DNA of 64,000 bases, from NCBI GenBank assembly GCA_048939765.1, contig JBHLPF010000006.1, positions 1 to 64,000 on the forward strand, read 5' to 3'. Shown here in pieces: positions 1-9,974 of this stretch. Numbering within the stretch: position 1 is the stretch's first letter; each line of letters begins with the position of its first letter. A program made the translations under genes and the position numbers. The DNA is from Promethearchaeota archaeon (GTDB lineage Archaea > Asgardarchaeota > Thorarchaeia > Thorarchaeales > Thorarchaeaceae). The notes beneath the pieces are model-generated. The model made no database searches. It was given only the letters and a program-made list of their open reading frames with translations, and was not told where the DNA came from.

Positions 1-574
1 CTTTACCATACATTCCTACTGCTGTTACTGTGACGGTACCAATTTGCTTCTTGACAAAAAAAGGATCAGTTCTAAACCTTCGCCATAACAAAAAGTCACG
101 CAGAAACTTGGGTAGTGCAAAGAGTCTTCGCATCATTTTTTGATCAGCTGTATCAGAGATGATTCCATCCGTACGAGATCGAACCCCCCATATTTCATCC
201 TGAATTTCGTGAGCGGTTTTTTCATTGGCTTTTCTTACAGTGTATGTATAAGGTCCTACGTCTCCATCTATCTGTCTTTCAATCATGACAGAAACATCTA
301 CATCTTTGAAAATAATCAATCGCTTCCCTTTTCTAATTGCATGGACATTCGTATGTTCGCTGACAGCTTGTGCGATGCACTTTGTTATCCAAGCCGTAAA
401 GGAGAGCTCTTTTCCTGACCTCTCTTCGTAGTCTCTAATCAATTGACGACCCTTTGTAACATCCACCTCTATTAGACCTGAAATGTAATGGGATCGAAGT
501 CCTTGTTCCATTAATTCCACAATAAACTCTCGCTCAAAGGGCTTCTCCTCATATTCGTCTATCAGGTCAACCAC
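1..574 (-). CDS. Stand-alone 2-oxoacid dehydrogenase E2-type acyltransferase catalytic domain, paralog copy 1 (3' end outside window)
   Basis: Aligns at constant offset 2873 to 2874..3447; GTG start at 572-574 gives MVDLIDEYEEKPFERE...; the frame runs off the window edge. Confidence 0.85.
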   Translation of the reverse strand, partial: MVDLIDEYEEKPFEREFIVELMEQGLRSHYISGLIEVDVTKGRQLIRDYEERSGKELSFTAWITKCIAQAVSEHTNVHAIRKGKRLIIFKDVDVSVMIERQIDGDVGPYTYTVRKANEKTAHEIQDEIWGVRSRTDGIISDTADQKMMRRLFALPKFLRDFLLWRRFRTDPFFVKKQIGTVTVTAVGMYGK

Positions 575-622
575 AATCCTAACGATACAGGATTGTGAAT
601 CAGACGTATTACTGTTTTGTCC
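1..622. repeat. Diverged direct repeat (gene plus upstream region) of 2874..3495
   Basis: Long identical stretches with scattered substitutions; the shared upstream element gtattactgttttgtcc is present in both copies. Confidence 0.9.
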
Positions 623-893
623 CACCAAGTAACTTGAGAGGCTTATCTAGGTGCGCGTTTGAGTAAGGCTAGTAGGCAACTAGTCGCTTCTTAGGCTTTC
701 GAGATGGCCGTACTCTGCAAATACTATGGTGAAAGGAGCGACTATTTTGTTCAGATTCACCTTTGAGAAAAGACTAGGCATCTTTCTATAATGTTAAATG
801 TGAATCGAGGTTGCGTAAATTGTGTAGGACAACAGGCATACTATCAGATGACTGAAATGGGCACTATAGGCATCAATTGGGATGTGAACAACC

Positions 894-1490
894 ATGACTG
901 AAATCCCCAAGTCAGGTTCTGAGTCACATCGACAGCTTCCAAGTATTCGTAGAACATCCGATTGCTCCAGGCGGGGCGCCTTAATCTGCGTCGTGCTTAT
1001 CATTGGGACTATGGTTAGCGGGAATGTCTTCGTTTCTAGCTTTCGAGGTCCATCCAAGACTGATAGCGGCGCAACATCGTATGATTCAATGTCTATCGTA
1101 AGCTACACGAATACAGATATCACCCCATACATAACAGGAATGATGCATGATGAGTTCAATGTGAATAGCTCTCAAGTGCAGACATCTACTCCACCAGACA
1201 TGTGGTTCAATATCACGGTTATCAGTACAGGCGTCGATAATGTGATGGTATCCATACTTGTCGCTGTCTATAGATTAGACCTGGACGCGTTCAATTCGAT
1301 TCCAAGATGGGATATCCGTGATTCATATCTTGTTCAGCAAGGATTGTACACGAACACAGCCACGAATTTCTTTAACCTTGACAACCAGGTGTCAACATAT
1401 GTTTGGGCGGTCTGGTTTAATGTGAGCCACAAGACGGTTGTCTGGGATGTTGATATTACCATTAATCTTCGATACAATTGGCATTCTTAA
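894..1490 (+). CDS. Hypothetical membrane-anchored or secreted protein
   Basis: 198-aa ORF; hydrophobic segment ALICVVLIIGTMV followed by a Ser/Thr/Asn-rich, beta-rich region. Confidence 0.6.
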   Translation: MTEIPKSGSESHRQLPSIRRTSDCSRRGALICVVLIIGTMVSGNVFVSSFRGPSKTDSGATSYDSMSIVSYTNTDITPYITGMMHDEFNVNSSQVQTSTPPDMWFNITVISTGVDNVMVSILVAVYRLDLDAFNSIPRWDIRDSYLVQQGLYTNTATNFFNLDNQVSTYVWAVWFNVSHKTVVWDVDITINLRYNWHS

Positions 1491-2159
1491 TGACTATGTA
1501 CTCTGAAGAAGTTCGGTGCCATGTTTTGGGCTGGAAACCCTCAGCACCTCACCCTCTGACGCATTATACATTACTACTGATAAGAAAATGTGGCGAGCCT
1601 TCGTTCAATTTGATAGGAACTCACCCTGTTGTTTATGCCTGCTTCTTGACTTGATACGCAAGTGTCCACAGATCTGCTCTTGGCATACCCATCCAGTATG
1701 CGGGTTACAGATTAAGAAGTCGAGATGAGATGCGTATTAGGCTCTCGAGATAGCACTACTCTGTCCATTCCCGAAAATAAAAAGTAAAAGAGGAGGGATG
1801 AATTACCATCAAGCCTAGTGATGAAAGTCATCTCTCGAGAGAAACTTCCACGCGAAGAATAGGACGAGGGAAGCCATGCCGAGTTCAATAAGACCGCCAA
1901 ACGCCTCGACGAAACCATTGATAATTACCGTTGAATATCGCCTTCTATGTATTCCTTAGATAATTATAATATAAATTGATAGTTATAGGATGTTTCGCTA
2001 GGGCCTTTCAATATGTAGATTAATGGTTTCATAGAACTCAGAGATGATCTTTGACCTGATGTCTACTACTTCTACAAATTGTGGAGAAGGCAATTTGACT
2101 AAGCGATTGATTGGGTCAACAAATCCGAAACGCGATTATGATGACTACCAGAGAAACTG

Positions 2160-2510
2160 CTACTGGATTGATGGATTTTCCAGCTCTCTCGTTCTTCGTT
2201 CCGCCCTCCCGATAGCAATCATGTAGATGAAGAAACTTGTGTATATAGTCATTGTCGCATTGAGCGATAGTAACGCAAGAAGGTTGGCCGTGGACATCTC
2301 AGACAACAACCATGCTGTGAAAATCGATATTGGTAGCCAAAGAAGCGGGACAGTACAGACTGCAAAGAAAATGGGAACCTGAGGCTCAGCAGCAGCATAA
2401 CACCTAGCTGAGCAGTATCTCCGCCCCCTAGCACTCCGCCACAGAAATCTGCTATTCCATTGATCCTTTGGCTTTTTGCACCAGCTGCAGTGGATCTCTC
2501 TGCGTTCCAT
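2160..2510 (-). CDS. Small Zn-finger (CxxC...YCSxxC) two-TM membrane protein
   Basis: CSWC and YCSARC motifs followed by two hydrophobic helices. Confidence 0.6.
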   Translation of the reverse strand: MERREIHCSWCKKPKDQWNSRFLWRSARGRRYCSARCYAAAEPQVPIFFAVCTVPLLWLPISIFTAWLLSEMSTANLLALLSLNATMTIYTSFFIYMIAIGRAERRTRELENPSIQ

Positions 2511-2652
2511 ATGGAGTGATGCTCAGGTTCCAAGATAACTTCATTGATTTCCATGAGGGCCCATGAGGATTCTGTTTAGACAGGTTTCCGGGAACACCAA
2601 ATGGCCAAAGTTTGCTGATTAGGCTTTCGTGGTGGAAATGAAACATTCTTCA

Positions 2653-3447
2653 CTAGATGTCGATTCCGAAGACAGACTCAACTAAACCCGCAAAACGTGC
2701 TACAAAACGAGCTGCAGGACCGCCGTCAACTACATCATGGTTTAGGAATATTGTAACACAAAGGAATTCTCTTTTCTCTATGCTCTCATCAACTACTGCT
2801 GGCTTCTCTGCTATACCTCCTAGTGCGAAGAGCACAGGAGAGATACTAATAGGGACTGCCCATCCACTTTTTCCTTTGCCATACATTCCTACTGCTGTTA
2901 CTGTGACGGTGCCAAGGTGCTTCTTTACAAAAAAAGGGTCAGTTCTAAACTTTCGCCAAAATAGAAAGTCACGTAGAAACTTGGGTAGTGAAAAGAGTCT
3001 CCGCATCGTCTTTTGATTAACAGTATCAGAGATGTCACCATCTTTTCGAGATCGAATTGCCCATATTTCATCCTGAATCTCATGCACGGTTTTTTCATTT
3101 GCCTTTCTGACAATATATGTCTGAGCTCCAACATCTCCATCTATTTGTCTTTCAACCATGACCGAAACATCTACATCTTTGAAAATGATCAATCGCTTTC
3201 CTTTTCTAATTGCGTGGACATTCCTGTGTTCGCTGACGGCTTGTGCGATACACTTTGTTATCCAAGCTGTAAAGGAGAGCTCTTTTCCTGACCTCTCTTC
3301 GTAGTCTCTAATTAATTGGCGGCCCTTTGTAACATCTACTTCTATTAGACCTGAGATGTAGTGGGAACGAAGTCCTTGTTCCATTAACTCCGCAACAATC
3401 TCTCGCTCAAAGGGCTTCTCCTCATATTGGTCAATCAGGTTTTGCAC
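2653..3447 (-). CDS. Stand-alone 2-oxoacid dehydrogenase E2-type acyltransferase catalytic domain, copy 2
   Basis: EVDVT, SFTAWITK, GTVTVT, LGGIAEKP and the catalytic HDVVDGGPAARF (HxxxDG) motif; no lipoyl domain. Confidence 0.9.
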   Translation of the reverse strand: MQNLIDQYEEKPFEREIVAELMEQGLRSHYISGLIEVDVTKGRQLIRDYEERSGKELSFTAWITKCIAQAVSEHRNVHAIRKGKRLIIFKDVDVSVMVERQIDGDVGAQTYIVRKANEKTVHEIQDEIWAIRSRKDGDISDTVNQKTMRRLFSLPKFLRDFLFWRKFRTDPFFVKKHLGTVTVTAVGMYGKGKSGWAVPISISPVLFALGGIAEKPAVVDESIEKREFLCVTIFLNHDVVDGGPAARFVARFAGLVESVFGIDI

Positions 3448-3577
3448 AATCCTAACATTCAGGATTGTAGGTCCATCGTATTACTGTTTTGTCCTAGCTA
3501 GTTGGCCCCAATTCAGGATTGCAGAGCGATTGGTATGGGAGAGCGGAAGACTTGATGCATAAATTGCCTTGCGGTTC

Positions 3578-3856
3578 TTACTCCCGCTTTCTCGTCAACA
3601 CTACGGCCATCGCCACCATTGTTAATGGAATGGCTATACTCAGAGGGAATATGATGAACAACAGGGGCATTTGGAGGTCCATACCCTGCGGAATCATTTC
3701 TAGGAGTACATACACGATGGTCACAGCAAGCAGACCTGTCATAACAATAAGGATTCCACCCCAGAGATATGCCCACCAGGGTGCTCTGCTCACAGAGCCC
3801 TTTCCCATGTAATCCTGATGAGTTGCGGCTTTACTAGGCGGAGATATGTAGTTCAA
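3578..3856 (-). CDS. Small two-TM membrane protein
   Basis: Two hydrophobic helices and a basic C-terminus (TRKRE). Confidence 0.6.
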   Translation of the reverse strand: MNYISPPSKAATHQDYMGKGSVSRAPWWAYLWGGILIVMTGLLAVTIVYVLLEMIPQGMDLQMPLLFIIFPLSIAIPLTMVAMAVVLTRKRE

Positions 3857-3939
3857 CGCTGTTCAGTGCTATCTTCTATCTCTTCAGACAAAAGCTTTTG
3901 CTCAACCCATGGCTCAGTCCAGAAGCCATCTTTCGGGGC

Positions 3940-4761
3940 TTAGAAGTCATCTATTGTCGTCTGCGCAAATGACATCTGCCTATGCATCAGATCCAGCTTC
4001 TGCTGTTGCCTAGGATTGATTTTCCCCATCAGCCGGAGCATCTGTAGGGCATTGAAGGGTGCGTTTCCACTGAAATGATTGTTCCAGTATCCAAGGACAG
4101 ACTCCGTCCGACTCAAGATATCCTCCAGACGGGGCTTCCAGGCTTCTAGCTCTTCCTCAGAGTATAGGTAGTTGTACCACGGGCTCACTCCATGGCCATG
4201 CCATCGCACATAGGCAAAATCAGTTGTGACACGCAAGTCAATTGGCAGTTTGGGCTCATCAACAATCACATAGGCGACGCCATAGTCCTCAAGCAACCTT
4301 GATGTCTTCTGAGAAACCCAACTCTCGTCCCTGAACTCAATGGCATATCTGAAGGATGTGTCGAGCTGCGAAAGGAAAGCTTCAAGGTCGGCCATCTTAG
4401 ATATATCCCAAGGAGGGAGCTGAATGAGGAGAGCAGCGATCTTGTTCTGTATGGGATTCATCAGGGAAAAGAATGATTTCAGCGTTTCACCGCCTTCTCC
4501 CAATAGATTCATCCGACTGTCATGTGTCACTTTCTTGGGGAGCTTGGCTGTGAAGAATTTGCCCTCTTTGAGAGAAGCCAGATGCTTCACAAAATTGGCT
4601 TGCGGGAGGGCATAGAAGGTCGAGTTAATCTCCGCGGTATCAAAGATTGCAAGATACTGTTGGAGGAGCGACTTTCCAGAATAGTAGAACACATCCTTCC
4701 AATCACTCTCATATGACCAGCCACTTGTGCCAATATGGAGCCCCTTTCTTGACATTGTCAC
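3940..4761 (-). CDS. DUF72 (YecE-like) protein
   Basis: IGTSGWSY, AEINSTFYALP, LIQLPP, AIEFRDESW, YVRWHG motifs. Confidence 0.92.
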   Translation of the reverse strand: MTMSRKGLHIGTSGWSYESDWKDVFYYSGKSLLQQYLAIFDTAEINSTFYALPQANFVKHLASLKEGKFFTAKLPKKVTHDSRMNLLGEGGETLKSFFSLMNPIQNKIAALLIQLPPWDISKMADLEAFLSQLDTSFRYAIEFRDESWVSQKTSRLLEDYGVAYVIVDEPKLPIDLRVTTDFAYVRWHGHGVSPWYNYLYSEEELEAWKPRLEDILSRTESVLGYWNNHFSGNAPFNALQMLRLMGKINPRQQQKLDLMHRQMSFAQTTIDDF

Positions 4762-5063
4762 AATATGATGATGGAATCAAACAGGTTTCTATCTTCCGGC
4801 ATTGAAGAAGATATTCATAAGAAACAAAGACTGCGATGCAGACGTGAATGACCAATGAAAAGAACCATCTAGAGAAGAAGGCCATTCACATAGCCGCATT
4901 GAATTTTGAGATTTAAGGGGGCGAGGAAGCAGGCGTCGCCAGTGTTTCAATGCGACGAGAGCTCGGAAAAGAAACTGAAACATGGTATAGGGAACTCTGG
5001 GGCTGAAAACTCCGGCTGGAACATCTTAAATACAGGGCATTATGAGCCGAATCTCGTCGACTG

Positions 5064-6383
5064 GTGGTGATTCGGATGTCTGAACAGATAGAATATGTTG
5101 AGCTTCGATTTGTGGACATATTGGGCCGAATGAAGGCTATGGTTGTACCTTGTAACCCCGCAGACACTCTTGATGAACTGCGAAAGGATTCCATTCTATT
5201 GGATGGAACGAGTCTTGATGGAAGCTCAGTTACTGGACTCTCAATGGTTGAGGCCTCAGACCTCCGCCTAGCACCCGATCCCGATTCTTTGATTGAACTC
5301 CCATATTCACTTCAAAGAACTGCTGCTGTGATGTGTTCTGTAAGTGAGAAAAGCGGCACAGAAGGCAGAGAGTCGCCTTATCCACTAGACAGCAGAGCAA
5401 CTCTTCACACAGTCTGCGATAAATTGTTACCTGGAAATCTATGTCTGAGGGTCAAGATTGAACCCGAATTCCACTTCATCACACGAGATGGAGATCTCTT
5501 CGATTCTGGCGGATATGCTGATACATATCCACAGAATCCAGGCGCAGACATTCTCCTTGAAATTGCCTCTGCAATTCGAGGCATGGGTATGAAACCTCGA
5601 GTGATTCATCATGAAGTAGGAGAAGCGCAACAAGAGATTGAGATTTCGCATGCAGATATTCGCCAGATGGCCGATTTCATTTTGACTTTCAAGAATCTCG
5701 CCCGAACTGTCGCAGCCAGCCGAGACATAGATGTTTCGTTCATGCCAAAACCATTCGAAGGGACTGCGGGTAATGGGCTTCATTGTCATATTCAACTATG
5801 GGATGGCGACGACAATCTGTTCGGCAAGGAAACCAATGATCTTTTGTCAGACACAGGGAAGAGCTTCATTGCCGGTCTTCTTGAACATGCTCCGGCTTTG
5901 ACAGCAATAGCAAATCCAACAATTAACTCCTACAAGCGACTTGTTCCGCATCATGAGGCTCCTGTATACATCACATGGGGCTTTAGAAATAGAACGGTTC
6001 TTGTTCGAGTGCCTCTCTTTAAGACAAAACATGAAGCAGCGGCGGAGCTGCGGTCTCCGGACGCCACGACTAATCCCTATCTTCTATTCTCAGCTATTGT
6101 GGCTGCTGGAATGGATGGTGTGAATCAAGAGATGAAGCCGCCCGAACCCAGGAGGGAAGACATCTTTCATCTCTCTGATACAGAGAGGGCGTCATTAGGA
6201 ATCAAAATGCTACCTTCTTCTCTCAGAGAGGCTCTAGATCATCTTGAGAGAGATGAAGTTGTTCGAGATGCCATTGGATCCGAGTTGGTTGATGCCTTCA
6301 TTCGTGTGAAGCGTGATGAGTGGAGAGAGTATGTCAATTATGCTATCACTAGCTGGGAATGGTCAAAGTATCATTCATTCTAG
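5064..6383 (+). CDS. glnA: Glutamine synthetase type I family protein (possibly a gamma-glutamyl-amine ligase)
   Basis: LDGSS, EPEF, HHEVGEAQQEI, FMPKPF..GNGLHCH, NSYKRLVP.HEAP, ELRSPD motifs. Confidence 0.85.
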   Translation: MVIRMSEQIEYVELRFVDILGRMKAMVVPCNPADTLDELRKDSILLDGTSLDGSSVTGLSMVEASDLRLAPDPDSLIELPYSLQRTAAVMCSVSEKSGTEGRESPYPLDSRATLHTVCDKLLPGNLCLRVKIEPEFHFITRDGDLFDSGGYADTYPQNPGADILLEIASAIRGMGMKPRVIHHEVGEAQQEIEISHADIRQMADFILTFKNLARTVAASRDIDVSFMPKPFEGTAGNGLHCHIQLWDGDDNLFGKETNDLLSDTGKSFIAGLLEHAPALTAIANPTINSYKRLVPHHEAPVYITWGFRNRTVLVRVPLFKTKHEAAAELRSPDATTNPYLLFSAIVAAGMDGVNQEMKPPEPRREDIFHLSDTERASLGIKMLPSSLREALDHLERDEVVRDAIGSELVDAFIRVKRDEWREYVNYAITSWEWSKYHSF

Positions 6384-7546
6384 TGGTTTCTAAAGTATGC
6401 TGTCAGTCTATCAAAGGCTTCATCCACTGCTTCAGGAGTAAGAGGGCCAATTGAGATGCGAAGATGGGATTCGCCAGCTTCTCCGAAAACTCGTCCTGGA
6501 AGGACAAGAAGCTTCGATTCTCGAAGTATATCGAGCACTAGCTTTCGAGAGTCTGTACAGCCAATTACTCGCGGAAACAGGTAGAAAGTCCCTGCAGTCC
6601 TTGTTGTGTCGAGCGCCTGTATCTCGTCTATTCTGAGGTAAGCAAGGTTTCTCAAAAGGCTGAGTTTGTCGATTTCCTCCTGTATATCATCTAATCCATG
6701 TTTCAGTATTTCGAGAGCAAGCATCTGTCCGGGAGTCGGAGCGCAGATAGTGACTGTGTCCTGGACCTTGAGAAACTCCTGCATGAATTCGTCAGAACCT
6801 ATAACATATCCAACTCGCCAACCACTCATTCCAAAATCCTTACTAAAGCTGCCCAGAGATATCACGCGATCATGCGCGTCAGAGCGGGACCGCGGACTGT
6901 GATGAGTGGCCCCATCAAAAACAAGCCTTCCATATGTTTCATCGGATATGAGTATCAGATCCTTGTCGATGCAAAGATCAACTAGAGCATCAATATCTCC
7001 TTTGGAGTATACCGCACCTGTCGGATTATTTGGTGATGCAATGAAGATAGCACATGTATCTTTATCCACAGCAGATTCGATCGCCTCGTAATTCAATTGA
7101 AAGTTGGTGCCTACAGGGACTTCAGTTATCTCGCCTCCAGCAAGGTGGACAGCCATAGCGGAGTTGAAGTAATAAGGAGCAGGCAATATCACCTTGCTGC
7201 CAGATGACAGTATCGTAAAGATTGTTCCAGTAAAAGCTGCATTTGCTCCGGCAGTAATGGACAGTTCCTTTTCCGGATCAGCTTGGATGCTCCAATTCTG
7301 ACGAAGGTATATCGCCAACTCCTCTCTAAGCTCAAGTTGGCCTTGATCAGGAGTATATCTGTGAGTTGCTGGATGGAGCAGGGTCTCGCCAAATGCCTTC
7401 AGTGTTTCAGTTGGAGGAATATGCCCAGGAAGCCCTTGACCTAGATTCAAGAAGTCTGGTGACGAAATATATCTCTGAGCTGCCTCAATCAGTTTCAAGA
7501 TTGGAGGGGGCATGATTTTGTCAGTGCGGAATCGCATCGGCAACAC
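6380..7546 (-). CDS. PLP-dependent class I/II aminotransferase
   Basis: SPNNPTG, DETY and SFSKDFGMSGWRVG (PLP lysine). Confidence 0.92.
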   Translation of the reverse strand: MLPMRFRTDKIMPPPILKLIEAAQRYISSPDFLNLGQGLPGHIPPTETLKAFGETLLHPATHRYTPDQGQLELREELAIYLRQNWSIQADPEKELSITAGANAAFTGTIFTILSSGSKVILPAPYYFNSAMAVHLAGGEITEVPVGTNFQLNYEAIESAVDKDTCAIFIASPNNPTGAVYSKGDIDALVDLCIDKDLILISDETYGRLVFDGATHHSPRSRSDAHDRVISLGSFSKDFGMSGWRVGYVIGSDEFMQEFLKVQDTVTICAPTPGQMLALEILKHGLDDIQEEIDKLSLLRNLAYLRIDEIQALDTTRTAGTFYLFPRVIGCTDSRKLVLDILRESKLLVLPGRVFGEAGESHLRISIGPLTPEAVDEAFDRLTAYFRNH

Positions 7547-7644
7547 ATCTGAAGGTCAGACCAATATGTAGCAATTAGCAGGGAGTGATAAAGGCATATT
7601 GGCGTCGCTAGAATTCTCGCTAAGCCCTTACTGCTTGAGGTTCC

Positions 7645-8478
7645 ATGTCAAGCTTAATATTGGACCATCCTCCCTCAAGCTCGGTGTTCTCAGCTATGGG
7701 TGAAGAATGCGAAGCCAAGATACTAGGGTCTCCAGAAGCTCAGGTCGTACAGACCGATCTCCATCTTTCAATGAAATCCCCTCTTCTGGTCTGCTGCTTT
7801 CCATCCGCAGGAGTCATTGGGACAATTGCGGCTAACACGATGATTGAGCAGTTCAAAATGGTAGAGGTTGCCCACGTCAGGTCCAGATACATGCCATCAG
7901 CCGCAGTCTTTCTCGATGGCAGACTAAGGCATCCTTTTCGGATTTATGCCAGTGAGGAGAAGAATCTCATTGTTGTCACTGCGGAACTCCCTGTGGCCGA
8001 GGAAGGAATGTATGTGGTGAGCTCAGCCCTTTTGGACTGGGCAACAACAATCGGAGTCAAAGAAACGGTGATCTTGGACGGCATTCCAGTGCAGGGTATT
8101 CCAACTAAAAGAAAGGTCCTCTTTGCTGCTGAAGAGGAGAAGATTGCTGAGCTTGAGGAAGATGAAGAGATGGAGATACTCCAGAAAGGCATCATAACCG
8201 GAATAGCTGGCTCCATCCTTTCAGAAACCCTGTGCCGTGATTTGGTTGGTTTTGCGTTGCTGACTCCTGCAATACCCATGATGCCAGACCCGGAAGGAGC
8301 AGTCCAGGTTCTGAAAGCCCTGAACAGACTCTACGACGTGGGAGTGGAAGTTTCAGAACTAGAGGATAGTGCTGAGCAGATACGCAAGAAGATGGAAGAG
8401 GTTGCCCAGCAGGTAGATGGCATCAGAAGACAACAGCCAGGCCCTTCAAGGGGCGGGTACGAAAGAATGTATGCATAA
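7645..8478 (+). CDS. PAC2-family proteasome assembly chaperone
   Basis: FPSAGVIGTIAA, GIITGIAGSIL, PDPEGA motifs and a C-terminal MYA HbYX-like tail; real start may be the MGEE Met. Confidence 0.85.
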   Translation: MSSLILDHPPSSSVFSAMGEECEAKILGSPEAQVVQTDLHLSMKSPLLVCCFPSAGVIGTIAANTMIEQFKMVEVAHVRSRYMPSAAVFLDGRLRHPFRIYASEEKNLIVVTAELPVAEEGMYVVSSALLDWATTIGVKETVILDGIPVQGIPTKRKVLFAAEEEKIAELEEDEEMEILQKGIITGIAGSILSETLCRDLVGFALLTPAIPMMPDPEGAVQVLKALNRLYDVGVEVSELEDSAEQIRKKMEEVAQQVDGIRRQQPGPSRGGYERMYA

Positions 8479-8482
8479 GGCT

Positions 8483-9052
8483 TCATTTGTCAGTGCAGGT
8501 GTCGTACGCCTCTTTGGCACCTTCGGCATTCCGAGTACCAATCTTGCCAGGCCAGTTATCACAGATGACTTTCTGTATACTCTCTAGTTTAACCAGTCCA
8601 GTGGCCTTAGCAAAAGCACCGAGCATGGTTGTATTGACGACCGGGAGCCCTGCAACCATGAGCTTATGTTTCAGAGCGATGCCTGTCCCGTCGTAGGTGA
8701 ATATCCGTCCTCGTTTTAGCTTGACCTGTGATGGCGGCTTGTCAATATTCACAATCACAATCCCGTTTTCTTTGAGGCCCTCAGTGACATCAATAATGTC
8801 GATGATTCCAGCATCTAAGACTGCCACAATGTCTGGTTCGTAGATTTGACTCCGTACATTAATCGGTTTGTGAGAGATGCGTGTGAACGCCTTGACTGGT
8901 GCCCCACGCCTTTCTGCACCAAAATAGGGAAATGCCTGAACACCCTCATACCCATCCTTGTAGGCGGCTTTTGCAAGTAGCTCCGCTGAAGTGACTCCTC
9001 CTTGCCCTCCCCTTCCATGCCAGCGGATTTCAATCATCTTTTCCATTCTCAA
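8483..9052 (-). CDS. porG: 2-oxoacid (pyruvate):ferredoxin oxidoreductase gamma subunit
   Basis: EIRWHGRGGQG, FGAERRGAPV, NTTMLGA motifs. Confidence 0.92.
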   Translation of the reverse strand: MRMEKMIEIRWHGRGGQGGVTSAELLAKAAYKDGYEGVQAFPYFGAERRGAPVKAFTRISHKPINVRSQIYEPDIVAVLDAGIIDIIDVTEGLKENGIVIVNIDKPPSQVKLKRGRIFTYDGTGIALKHKLMVAGLPVVNTTMLGAFAKATGLVKLESIQKVICDNWPGKIGTRNAEGAKEAYDTCTDK

Positions 9053-9122
9053 GGCTCCTGTGTTCTTCAGAGGTCAGACTCACGCGCGCATAGCGAGGAT
9101 AAAGGAGTTTCGCTAAGACTAT

Positions 9123-9974
9123 ATGGAATTCGACTTGGATTTGGAAAGGTCGGAGATAGGAAGAATGGACAAGTTCATCGAGGCTAACAAGCATATGTGG
9201 GAGTTGCGTGTCGATGCCCACAAGAATAGCCAGTTCTATGATGTAGAAGGCTTCCTTAAGGGAAAGCAGACCCTAGATCCGGTTGAGTTGGATGAGGTTG
9301 GGAATGTCGCTGACAAGTCCTTGCTGCATCTAATGTGTCATTTTGGAATGGACACATTGTCGTGGGGCAGACTGGGAGCGAAGGTGACGGGTGTGGACTT
9401 CTCCGAAAAGGGAGTCAAATTAGCTTGCGACCTCAGCAAGCAAATCGGCGTAGAGGCGCGATTCATTGTTTCGGACATCTACAAGCTACCCCAAGTACTC
9501 GATGATGAGTTTGACATCGTTTTTACATCTGGAGGTGTCCTGACCTGGTTGCCAGACTTGAAGAAATGGGCGCAGATAGTAGCCAGATTTGTGAGGCAGG
9601 GCGGATTCTTCTACATCCGTGAGTTCCATCCATTCCCCTATGTGTTTGATGATGATGAAGGTGTAGTGGATTTTAAACTGAGGTATCCTTATTTCACGCC
9701 AGAGAAGCCGCTCAAGTTCGAAGATGGTTCAACCTATGCTGACCCAGATGCAAAGATTGAGAATACTGTGACATATGAATGGAATCATAGTATCTCAACA
9801 CTCATCAACTCTCTTATCGACGCGGGCCTTAGAATTGAATTCTTCAACGAGTTTCCGTTTACAACATGGAAGGCGTTGCCATTCTTGATAGAACGAGAAG
9901 ATGGGAGGTGGGTCTTGCCCTCGCATCAGGAGAGTCTGCCACTGATGTATTCTCTCAAAGCTACAAAGCTCTAG
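9123..9974 (+). CDS. Class I SAM-dependent methyltransferase
   Basis: LLHLMCHFGMDT, VTGVDFS, FDIVFTS.GVLTWLPDL; likely start at 9165. Confidence 0.88.
   Translation: MEFDLDLERSEIGRMDKFIEANKHMWELRVDAHKNSQFYDVEGFLKGKQTLDPVELDEVGNVADKSLLHLMCHFGMDTLSWGRLGAKVTGVDFSEKGVKLACDLSKQIGVEARFIVSDIYKLPQVLDDEFDIVFTSGGVLTWLPDLKKWAQIVARFVRQGGFFYIREFHPFPYVFDDDEGVVDFKLRYPYFTPEKPLKFEDGSTYADPDAKIENTVTYEWNHSISTLINSLIDAGLRIEFFNEFPFTTWKALPFLIEREDGRWVLPSHQESLPLMYSLKATKL

Noticed and set aside
1500-2150. Short ORFs (1516..1728, 1712..1918, 2044..2226) in an AT-rich spacer
   Set aside because: No recognisable motifs; they may be decayed sequence but I cannot support a gene or pseudogene call.
1-3495. Duplicated region as a diversity-generating retroelement TR/VR pair
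   Set aside because: Substitutions involve all bases rather than only adenines, span the whole gene, and no reverse transcriptase is present.
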